Assembly (NCBI GenBank): GCA_965262915.1
Contig: OZ253564.1
Span: 640,001-704,000 of the forward strand
Reading direction: 5' to 3'
Source: Candidatus Spongiisociaceae bacterium
Lineage (GTDB): Bacteria; Actinomycetota; Acidimicrobiia; Spongiisociales; Spongiisociaceae
DNA: 64,000 bases
Under the pieces are notes generated by a model. That model made no database searches. It worked only from the letters and a program-made list of their open reading frames with translations, and was not told the origin of the DNA. The position numbers were made by a program, and so were the translations under genes. This document shows, piece after piece, positions 52,434 through 64,000 of the stretch. Position 1 is the stretch's first letter; every line of letters begins with the position of its first letter.

Positions 52434-52862
52434 CTAGCGGATCCTTCGTCGCCTGTGGTGCCCGGCTCTCCTGTGCCGTCCCCTCCCGCTGCCCACGAAC
52501 GCGTCGATCAGGAGCAGGAGTACGGCGATCAGGAGGACTCCCAGCATTATGGGTATCGCCGCCACCATCGAGATCGTCAGTCCGGCGACGGCCCACTCGC
52601 GGCCCTCCCCGCCGTCCCGGACGCTGCGGAGCCCCGCCCAGGATAGCGACGCCCCCACCAGGATCAGGATCACGCACCACGTCACCGGCTGCCCTGACGC
52701 CAGGAACCTCACCAGGTTCGACCAGGTCCACCCGTGGCTGAACCACCAGGCGGTCTGCAGCGTCGCGGCGGCCAAGGCGACGACGAAGCCCGCTACGGGT
52801 AGGGTGCCCGACCAACCGGGATGCGGTCGGTAGACCTCTAGATATTCTCGTGTAGTCATCAC
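52434..52862 (-). CDS. Small membrane protein (paralogue of 34369-34800)
   Basis: Highly similar protein and upstream DNA. Confidence 0.7.
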   Translation of the reverse strand: MMTTREYLEVYRPHPGWSGTLPVAGFVVALAAATLQTAWWFSHGWTWSNLVRFLASGQPVTWCVILILVGASLSWAGLRSVRDGGEGREWAVAGLTISMVAAIPIMLGVLLIAVLLLLIDAFVGSGRGRHRRAGHHRRRRIR

Positions 52863-53473
52863 ACACCTCCCCTGCGGGCGCGGTGTCCATATCTGTGTGA
52901 CTCCAAATGTATGGGGTGGGTGTGACAGATCGCCGTGGCATGGTCTGGAGTTGCCCCGCTTTTTCGGACACTTCGCGATTTGTTATCCACAGGGTGGTTG
53001 GGGACTCGGCTCGTAGTCTACGGGTGAGTGGTATCCGATGGCTGAGTGCCACCGGTGGGGTTGTAGAAACCTTCGATGTAGTCGAAGACGGCGGAGCGGG
53101 CCTGGTTCCGGGTGGCGAAGCTGGTCCGGTCCAGGAGTTCGGTCTCGAGGGTGGCGAAGAACGACTCGGCTACCGCGTTGTCGTAAGCGTCGCCTCGTCG
53201 TCCCATCGATACTGCGATGCCGGCTTGGGCACAGCGGGCCCCGAACGCCCCCGAGGTGGGTTGGGAACCCCTATCCGAATGATGGATCACCCTCTCCGGC
53301 CGTCGGCGTGCGATGGCCATGTCCAAAGCGTCGGTGACCAGCGGTGTAGCCATGTCATCTCGCATGGACCATCCAACGACCCGCCGTGACCAGACATCGA
53401 TCACAACCGCGAGGTACCCGAACCCTGCTCCCGTCGGGACATACGTTATGTCCGATACCCAGGTTCGGTCTGG

Positions 53474-55418
53474 CCGGAGTTTGGCGGGTGCGTGGGGGTT
53501 TGGTTATGGGGGAGGCCGCTGACCTGGGGTTTTGCGGTGTTGGGTACCGTTTGGGTAGGGATTTGTAGGGGCGACATATGGTTGGTTGGCCGGGCTGTTA
53601 GTGGTATTATCCTGGGGTATGTTCGTGAAGACGACCCGCCGCCGCAGGGGCGACAAGGTGTACGAGTATTTGTCTTTGGTGGAGTCCGTCCGCGACGGCC
53701 CGAAGGTCGGGCATCGGACCCTTCTGCGCCTGGGGGAGGTGACCGCTTTACGCGAGTCGGGCCAGCTGGAGCGGATCGTGGCCGCCCTGGAACGTCATCT
53801 ACGACGCGAACGGGTCGATGTCGGGGCGTTGGCGGCTGAAGGGGCGCCCGGGGTGGGGGCGGTAGCGGCGGTGTGGGCGGTGTGGCAGCGGTTGGGCCTT
53901 GGGGAGTGGTTCGCTGCGGTCGGCGCCGTACGGGGCGCGAAGGCCCTGGAGCATGCGGTGTTCGCGATGGTGGCGAACCGGCTGGTGGCGCCGTGCTCGA
54001 AGCGGCGGCTGGTCGAGTGGGCGGCTTGTGATGTGGTGATGCCCGATGGCTGGTCGGCTCCGTCGCTTGACCAGTACTACCGGGCTTTGGATGCGGTAGC
54101 CGCCGCCAAAGACGGAACCGAAATGCATCTGTATGCGCGGTTGTGCGACTTGACGAACCTGGACCTGAGGCTGGTGTGCTACGACGTCGCCTCCACGTAT
54201 TTCGAGGGTTCGACCCGTCCCTCTGAGCGGTTCCCCTCCCGCGCGTTCGGGTACTCGCGGGACCATCGCGCGGATCGGCCCCAGATAATGATCGGCCTGT
54301 TATGCACCTCCGATGGGATCCCTATCGCCCATCGGGTGTTTTCGGGGAACACCAACGACGCCACCACCCTGCCGGCCGTGTTGGGCGACCTCGCGGAGCG
54401 GTTCGCGGTGGGCCGGATCTGTGTAGTCGCCGACCGTGGCCTGATCTCGGCAGCCAACATCGACGTGGTCGCCGAAGCCGGGTTCGACCACCTATTAGCC
54501 ACGAAGCTGCGCCGCGACCGCATCAGCACCGAAGCCCTTGCGGCCATCGAGGACGACACCGCCTGGGTCGACATCGCCCAGCTGTGCTGCCGCGCCGCCG
54601 ATATCTGCCTCGACGACGGGACCCGCGCGGTTGTGGTCGAGTCCGACGCCCGCGCCCGCCGAGACGACGCCCGCACAGCGCAGATCGTCGCCACCGCCGA
54701 GGCCAAGCTCCCGGCGTTGGAGCACCGCGTCCGCGCCGGGCGGCTGAAGGACTCCGCCAAAATAGGGGCAGCCGCCCAGCGCATCCTCGCCTCCGGCGGC
54801 GCGGGGCGGCTCTTCGACACAGAGATCGGAGCGGGCCGGTTCCTCTACCACTACAACGAAGACGCCCACGCATACGAAGAACTCCTCGCCGGTCGCTACG
54901 TGCTAGCTACCAGCCTCACACCCAACCAAGCTGACACCGCCCAAGTCGTGGACTACTACCGCCAACTGCAAGCAGTCGAAGCCCGCTTCCGGGTCGTCGG
55001 AGACTTCCTACGGCTCCGCCCGGTGCGGCACTGGACCGAACAACGAGTCCGCGGCCACGTCGCTGTCTGCGTCTACGCCACCCTAATCGAGACCCTCATC
55101 AACCACGCCCTCGTAGCAGCCGACGTCCGCGACTCCGACCTCGGCGACCAACACCTCACCGCCGCCCGAGCCCTGCGCGACCTCAACCGCATCCGCCGCC
55201 ACCAACTCACAGCCAACAGTCGCCGAATCCATCTCACCACCCGCCGAACCCCCCTACAAAACCGAACCCTCACCGCCATCGGAGCAGACACCCGCACCTG
55301 GGACAAAGCCACCATTACCTGACCCCATCACCAGCCCCCACACCGCCCATGTAGTGGAAACACCCCACCCCCAAACCCCCCTGACCAGGCAAAACGCGAA
55401 ACACCCGCCAAATTCGGG
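53474..55418 (+). mobile_element. Complete IS1634-family element
   Basis: IRs CCGGAGTTTGGCGGGTG / CACCCGCCAAATTCGGG; 5-bp TSD TCTGG. Confidence 0.92.
53619..55322 (+). CDS. IS1634 transposase
   Basis: YDVASTYFEG, GYSRDHRAD, VADRGL, VEARFR..LRPVRHW..RVRGHV. Confidence 0.92.
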   Translation: MFVKTTRRRRGDKVYEYLSLVESVRDGPKVGHRTLLRLGEVTALRESGQLERIVAALERHLRRERVDVGALAAEGAPGVGAVAAVWAVWQRLGLGEWFAAVGAVRGAKALEHAVFAMVANRLVAPCSKRRLVEWAACDVVMPDGWSAPSLDQYYRALDAVAAAKDGTEMHLYARLCDLTNLDLRLVCYDVASTYFEGSTRPSERFPSRAFGYSRDHRADRPQIMIGLLCTSDGIPIAHRVFSGNTNDATTLPAVLGDLAERFAVGRICVVADRGLISAANIDVVAEAGFDHLLATKLRRDRISTEALAAIEDDTAWVDIAQLCCRAADICLDDGTRAVVVESDARARRDDARTAQIVATAEAKLPALEHRVRAGRLKDSAKIGAAAQRILASGGAGRLFDTEIGAGRFLYHYNEDAHAYEELLAGRYVLATSLTPNQADTAQVVDYYRQLQAVEARFRVVGDFLRLRPVRHWTEQRVRGHVAVCVYATLIETLINHALVAADVRDSDLGDQHLTAARALRDLNRIRRHQLTANSRRIHLTTRRTPLQNRTLTAIGADTRTWDKATIT

Positions 55419-55809
55419 TCTGGTCCGTCAGCTGTGAACTCTCTTCGTACCAGATCAGGTGCCGCCGCCTGGGCGGGATTCTGCCTGGTAGTAGCTATCT
55501 TGCGGCGGCGGTGAACACCCTGGATACGGGCCTGGCGTATGAGACGGGCTACCCGCTTGCGGCCCACACATACACCCTCGAAGCTCAGTTCGGCGTGAAT
55601 GCGGGGAGCACCATAGGTGCCCCGTGACCGGCTGTGGATATCGACGATCCGGTTCCGCAGTGACCGATCAGCGTGTTCGCGGGCGGATGGGCTGCGGCGG
55701 AGCCATGCGTAGTAGCCGCTGGCCGACCACACCCAGCAGGCTGCACATGCGCCGCACGGAATGGGAGGCCTGGTTGGCTTTCACGAACCCATGAGACCTG
55801 CGTTACGCA

Positions 55810-56358
55810 CTAAGGGCGAGTTGCGCTTAGCCGCTCAATTAGTCCAGCTATATGACCGCGCATCTCTGTCCCCAGACGACTGTCGACCCCGGCCAAACGG
55901 CGTATGAGGGTGGCAGGATCCACCAGCCCTTCATCCATTAGAGCAGCGCAGTACTCCCGGTCCTTCAGGCGATAGGCAATAGCCTTGGATATCCATAGGT
56001 CATGTATGTCAAGGCACCATGCCACTACACAGTTGGTGCTTGGTGTCTCGTATCTGACGAGACGCTTCTGCCAGCCTTGAGGGAGAACAGCCGTGGTCTC
56101 GATGACCCCCTGCGCGTAGTATCCGAAGGTCGTATGGAACATCGACCCTTCGCCGATGGAACCATCGATCAAGTCAGCCTTTTGTTCGTGGGGATCGTCT
56201 AACGCAGCAATGTCCGTTTCCACGGATAGGGCCGCTACCGGCGGGAGAGGCCCAGGGATCGACGCGTAAAGGGCTTGACTGTCAATCACCAAGACTTCTT
56301 TCTCGCCCAAGATTGCGCCAGAAGCCCGGATAGCGTGATCGAACGCCTGCCGGTTCAG
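55810..56358 (-). CDS. DUF6036-like nucleotidyltransferase (putative toxin)
   Basis: FDHAIRAS..VLVIDSQAL..SVETD..IGEGSMFHTTFGYYAQGV..LPQGW..SK..R.KD; coupled start would be CTG. Confidence 0.7.
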   Translation of the reverse strand: MNRQAFDHAIRASGAILGEKEVLVIDSQALYASIPGPLPPVAALSVETDIAALDDPHEQKADLIDGSIGEGSMFHTTFGYYAQGVIETTAVLPQGWQKRLVRYETPSTNCVVAWCLDIHDLWISKAIAYRLKDREYCAALMDEGLVDPATLIRRLAGVDSRLGTEMRGHIAGLIERLSATRP

Positions 56359-56702
56359 GCTGCACCAATGAACGGGTTGGAGGCGCCTACGCGCCGGGTA
56401 GCCCTGAACGCCCGGTAAACATCAGCGCGACGGACGGGAGAGAGTATCCCGCCGAAGGGGGTGACCTGCCGAAGGTCTTGGCCGTGGACGCTGGGGTCGA
56501 GCATGCGTGCGACGATCTGGCGGATCGAGCCCTGGATGATCCGCTCCCATTCGTCTAGGAGCGGCAACGCATGCGGATTGGCTGACCGCATCCGGGCAAT
56601 GTTCCGTCGGGTGATCTCGGCAATTTCCCTTCTGCCGAGGGATACCAGTTCCTCTGCTATAGCGGTATGCAAGAACAGGCTCCGCTCCTGATCGCGGGTC
56701 AC
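56355..56702 (-). CDS. Putative antitoxin partner of DUF6036
   Basis: RSLFLHTAIAEEL..EWERII..LRQVTPFGGIL..R pattern; overlaps the downstream gene by 4 nt. Confidence 0.65.
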   Translation of the reverse strand: MTRDQERSLFLHTAIAEELVSLGRREIAEITRRNIARMRSANPHALPLLDEWERIIQGSIRQIVARMLDPSVHGQDLRQVTPFGGILSPVRRADVYRAFRATRRVGASNPFIGAA

Positions 56703-57159
56703 AGGCTCCTCTCCTGATCGCGGGTTATTTTCTCAGTATATCGCGGTCATGTGGGGACACACCGGCGCGCAGTCACAAACCGATGACCCGCAACGAGTTT
56801 CTAACGACCGGACTCACCGAAGGGCCAGCGCCCACCACCCTCGGCGCTCCCCTGGTGGCCCGGCCACAGCGCGGTCAGGTCCCCACGCTCCCGGCCGTGT
56901 CTAGGGGCCAACTGACTCCCCGGTAACCGTCACTGCCAATTTCGTGCATCCTGCCTCTAACCGATGCATCCATCACCACACTCGGACGGAACGCGTCAAA
57001 GATGTAATCATCGTCGTATGGCCCAAGACCTCCTAGACGGAACCATCTGGGGTGACTTCGCCGTGATCGCCCGCCTCGAAGCAACTGTAGTAGTGCTGTG
57101 GGGCGGTGAACACTTCGCGCCTGTCCGTCACCGCACAATCAAAGACACAATCAAAAACT

Positions 57160-57325
57160 GCGCCCACCATCATCAACACCGTAGGACCCGGATTCGCGTC
57201 ACCCACCCGGTCGCCCAACCGCAGGGTGGGATCCACCTACTCTTCTAACCCACGACGATCCATCAACGTTGCGGCTGGCGGCAACCCCGCGTCGGATACC
57301 AGCAGCGCATCATCGAAAACCACCC
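57160..57325 (-). mobile_element. IS1380 transposase 5' fragment
   Basis: VVFDDALLVSDAGL..LRLGDRVGDANPG with an internal stop. Confidence 0.7.
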
Positions 57326-57408
57326 CAAGGAGTCAATACTGCGGCGAGGCTCCACCGGGTCCGTTTGGTCGGCATAGCGCCAGGGTAGGCGTACGATTCT
57401 GAGGTGTT

Positions 57409-57813
57409 ATGGACCGTGAACAGCGCCCGGTGTCGAATGTGGACCAGATTGCTGGTTTGTTACTGGAAGGGAGGAATGCTTTTCGTGTTCGTGAGGCGGT
57501 TGCATTTCGGAATGGTCGCGGCGAGCGGCGGGTGAGTTGGTGGGCTCATCGGGCGGAGTTGGATGTGCTCCGGGAACATGCTGGGGGATTGAAGTCGAGT
57601 GTGAGCGCTGTGGTGCGGCAGTGGTGGCTGGACGGTCTGCCGTTGTTAATAGATACTTCGGTGATGTTGGGGGATTCTGGGGGTTGGACGGTTTATGTTC
57701 ATCATTTACCGCGGTTCTTGCCTCGTGCTAGAGGTACGCCTCGTGGGGAGTGGGTGGAGTGGCCGTTGCCAGAGGGGGTGTTGGACTTGGAGACAGGCCC
57801 TTCGGGCAGGTAG
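57409..57813 (+). CDS. Hypothetical protein
   Basis: 134-aa ORF, ATG preceded by GAGGTG. Confidence 0.55.
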   Translation: MDREQRPVSNVDQIAGLLLEGRNAFRVREAVAFRNGRGERRVSWWAHRAELDVLREHAGGLKSSVSAVVRQWWLDGLPLLIDTSVMLGDSGGWTVYVHHLPRFLPRARGTPRGEWVEWPLPEGVLDLETGPSGR

Positions 57814-57989
57814 CACCCACCGCCCGTTTAGGGATGGCTGTCGGATACCCATGCTGTGAGGGGTGGATGGGGTGTAACAGAAAGACCCGGGGGATGGCGT
57901 GTGTTACGGGTTGTTTGGTTGTTGTCACTCGCGTGTAGGGTTTTATATTTTCGGCTGTCGGATAGGTCTGTTACGTGTTACAGATCCCC

Positions 57990-59589
57990 CCCCCAGGGGG
58001 GTCCCTGTCTTGTTGTCAAGCGGCTTGGGGCAGGTTTTCGGACTTGTCGGGGTTGGTAGGGGGTTCGGTTCTTGAGCATGGCGAGGATGATGTTGGGGCG
58101 GCGGCGGGCGACGCAGACGACGGCGGCGTTGTGGCGTTTGCCCTCGGCTCGTTTACGCAAGTAGTAGGCGCGGGCGTCGGGATCGTGTCGGGTAGCGACG
58201 AACGCGGCGATGAACATAGCGTTTTTTTGGGCGGTGGTTACCGCCCCTGGGCCGTCGGGTGGTACTGGTGCGGCCTGATTGCCAGTCGACGGGGGCGAGG
58301 CCAGCTGTATGCGGCTAGACGGCGTGGGTTGGCGAAACGGTTGGGGTCGCCGATCTCAGCGAGGGTGCGGGCGCCGGTGCGGGGCCCGCACCCGCACATT
58401 GTGTTGAGGACTTGTTCGGAGGGGATGCTCCAGGAACGCCTACGCGATGTCGGCCTCGAGTTGGTCTCGGCGCCCGGTGATACGGTCCAAGTCGGCTGCG
58501 AGGTCACCAATTGGTTCGCACCAGGTGGCTTCGGCGACCACGGTGACGGTCTGAGCGGCCAGGGCAGCCCAGATGGCGTCAGCGACGCTTGGGGCTGAGC
58601 GGCCCGAGCGTTTAGCGATCAACCTCCGGATACGGGCCTTGCCGGCGTTGCGCAACGCGGTGGGCGTCGACCATTTTATGAGCACAGTTCGCAGTCCAGG
58701 CACGGACACGAGTTTGTCTCCTATGGCACGTTCGAGAGCTGGGGAAACGGCTAAGCCTGAATCCACCGATGGGGAGGGCGCAGCGGACATGGGGATATGG
58801 TGGAAATGCCTCCTGATCTGCGGCGATAGCTATTGGTAAGGATGGTTCGGTCCTGGGAAGAGGAACAACTTCCTGTGAGTGGTGGATCCCGGAGATCGCC
58901 CTGGTCAGGATTGGTTTTCGGAACATGAATCGGTGGATTCAGGCTAAGAGGGCGTCTCTCAGGCGGTTCGCGGCTCTGGTGGCGTCCCCAGCCAGGTCTG
59001 TGTCCCGCCCGTTGAGGATACGCAGACGGGCCAATAGCTCGTCGGTGACGCTGGTCCATGTCAGCCGGTCCGGCGTTACGCCGAGCGTAATAAGCCAAGA
59101 CCTGGGCGTCTTTAGGATCGGTCTTGGCCGCGCCGGCGTAGAGGTCCGCGGCCCGACGCATCACCAGACCCGACACATAGGCCACCGGGATCCCGCACTC
59201 GGCCGCCACAGTCAAGGCCAACACAGCCGCAGACGAGGTCGTATCGACCACCAGCGCCGGGTGGCCATGTGTAGCCGCCTCGTCGATGACCTGCCGGATG
59301 TCCGCCTCGTCGTTGGTAACCGGCCGGAAAAACAGCGCCTCGCCACGAGCCGACACCGCACAGACGAAATGTTTGCCCTTGGCGATGTCCACACCAACGA
59401 ACACCTCGGCTGGCTGGGAACGATCTTGCACTCCAAGATTCCTCTCTGTCGGAGCGTATTCATCCGCTGCTCGCAGGTACCAACGCCTCAACCACATCTG
59501 CGAACCAGCCCCACAACTTCGGTGCATGTCCCCCTCAGAGATCGCAGGCACCCAACCACGGCGGGTGACATCACCCCCCAGGCCATCTC
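57990..59589 (-). mobile_element. Decayed IS110-family element of a different type
   Basis: VGVDIAKGKH, KTDPKDA, AEIGDPNRF..LAAY, YYLRKRAEGKRH in several frames; TTGACA near the right end; left end abuts IS3. Confidence 0.82.
58756..58943. mobile_element. 188-bp MITE with IS1380 ends
   Basis: CCTGAATCCACCGAT / ATCGGTGGATTCAGG with CTAAG TSD, inserted in the IS110 gene. Confidence 0.88.
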
Positions 59590-59925
59590 TGAACCGTACC
59601 GGGTTTCCCGGAGAGTGTTTTACTTGACACCAGCTACCTGGGCTGGGGTGTGCTCTTGATGGTAGTTGGCCTCCTTTTCTGTGGGTCGGATGTCTCCGAT
59701 GGGTTCCAAGAGCCGGCGGTGGTTGAACCAGTCGACGTATTCGAGGGTGGCGTACTCGAGGTGGTCGAGGTCCTTCCAGGGAGCGCGTTTGTGGATGAGT
59801 TCTGTCTTGTACAGACCGACGACGGATTCGGCGAGGGCGTTATCGTACGAATCCCCAACCGAGCCGACCGATGGTTCGATACCGACCTCCGCCAAGCGGT
59901 TGATGTATCGAATGGACAAATATTG

Positions 59926-62879
<2,954 letters not shown>

Positions 62880-63214
62880 TCATTCGCCCGCCGCAACTCT
62901 CGGTTCTCCCGGCGCAACTCCTTCAACTCCGCCAGCTGATCCGAGCTCAGTCCAGGGCGCACACCCTGATCCGTCTCAGCCCGCCGTACCCACTTGCGTA
63001 GCGTCTCGGACGAACACCCGAACTTCTCCGCTCCCGAACAGATAGCCGCCCACCCAAAGCGGTGCTCCCCCCGATGCTCCAACACCATCCGGACAGCACG
63101 CTCCCGCACCTCCGGCGAATACATCATCAGTCTTCCCATGACTCCATTATCTCCCAACTAATCGAGTCTCCGGAAAACCCGGTGCGGTTCAAACATCTGG
63201 CAGGGATATAAGGT

Positions 63215-63610
63215 GTGGGGTCGGACCGGGGCGCCCTTCCTGCTCTTCAGCTGGTGGGTTTCTGGTGGCCAGCCCTCCGAACCGGACAAGCAACTTCGGC
63301 TGCACCCGGCTCTCTATGTGTCCACACCAATACTGGTTCAGCCTTGGTCTGCATCACACGTACCCGCCACCCGGCCTCCTGGAAGGTCGGGCCACAGCGC
63401 GTCGGGATTTTCGCCAGCCACCTCCGTGATCAGCACTTCGGCTACGAACACACTCGATGCCTTCGCCATGCGACCGGCTTTCCCGGCCCCGGACTACTAC
63501 AGGTCCTTCACCCATTCTATCGGCATCAGCCGACAACGGGCCTCACCTGCCGGCCGACAGGCACCGGCGGGACGGTTCCCACGTTCGGTTCCCAACCGAT
63601 TAACAGCGTC
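63215..63610 (-). ncRNA. 5'-truncated ORF-less group II intron
   Basis: Reverse complement has domain V GAGAGCCGGGTGCAGCCGAAGTTGCTTGTCCGGTTC and end CCGACCCCAC; homologous to about 61250-61672. Confidence 0.85.
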
Positions 63611-63630
63611 GTCTTTTCGGCGGGCCGGGC

Positions 63631-64000
63631 TCAGCCGGGAGGCCGTCTAGGGGATGCTAGTTTGATGCCGGCTCGGATTCGGGTTACTTTGCCTTCAACA
63701 CGTGCGGTTTGTGATGGTCCGTATTGGTTGGTGAGGAAGCGTTGAAGGTTTCGAGTCGGGAGGGGCTCGACCCCGTTTGCTTGACACCATCCGCCGTAGG
63801 AGACGATGAACGCGGCGGTGGGGGTGGCCGCGTCGGAGTCCTGGATGATGCAATTTCTTGCCCACTGGTGGATGGTGTCTACCGGTTGTGGGTGGTTGCC
63901 ATGAGAACCCGACACCGGACCGGCGGTTGCGGTCGCTGGTGGGGTGGTTGTGTGCTGTTGCTGTTGTGCCGCTTGTTCGGTGGAGAGGAGTTGGCCGGTT
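63631..64000 (-). CDS. C-terminus of a probable phage/plasmid primase-helicase (winged-helix tail); start beyond the window
   Basis: DTIHQWARNCI..SYGGWCQANGVEPL..R.RAGIKL resembles the D5/P4 primase C-terminal domain. Confidence 0.55.
   Translation of the reverse strand, partial: TGQLLSTEQAAQQQQHTTTPPATATAGPVSGSHGNHPQPVDTIHQWARNCIIQDSDAATPTAAFIVSYGGWCQANGVEPLPTRNLQRFLTNQYGPSQTARVEGKVTRIRAGIKLASPRRPPG

Larger units (their letters stand above)
52946..55795 (-). mobile_element. IS3-family remnant (orfB) interrupted by IS1634
   Basis: IR TGGAGTTGCCCCGCTTTT; YGAPRIHAEL, WVSDITY, HHSDRGSQ, DNAVAESFF. Confidence 0.88.

Overview
High-GC, actinobacterial-looking accessory region. The SLH/cadherin/LRR surface proteins resemble those of host-associated Acidimicrobiia (inference). 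Roughly half the window is insertion sequences, often nested (IS110 x4, ISL3 x6 incl. fragments, IS1380 x4 incl. a MITE, IS3 x3, IS30 x2, IS21, IS5, IS1634), plus two ORF-less group II introns. Host/cargo genes: a giant LRR-cadherin-SLH surface protein with an inverted decayed copy, an MMPL transporter, an abiEi-abiEii-hsdM-hsdS operon lacking hsdR, several toxin-antitoxin-like pairs, EamA, a nucleoside hydrolase and an aminotransferase. Main observations: (1) three related IS110 elements, whose recombinase carries an extra C-terminal XRE-like HTH, each sit in the terminal repeat of another IS, and their bridge-RNA target and donor guides co-vary with the actual sites (IS21 end vs ISL3 end); (2) a tandem array of three transposase-less cassettes (46348-52299) bounded by GGGGTCTTCGCG inverted ends, joined by 5-bp spacers and loaded with toxin-antitoxin-like genes; (3) an ISL3 composite transposon with an 8-bp TSD; (4) an IS3>IS30>group II intron nest with intact EBS/IBS pairing. 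Many single-base frameshifts could be long-read assembly errors rather than true pseudogenisation. All family calls are from motif recognition by eye, with no database search.
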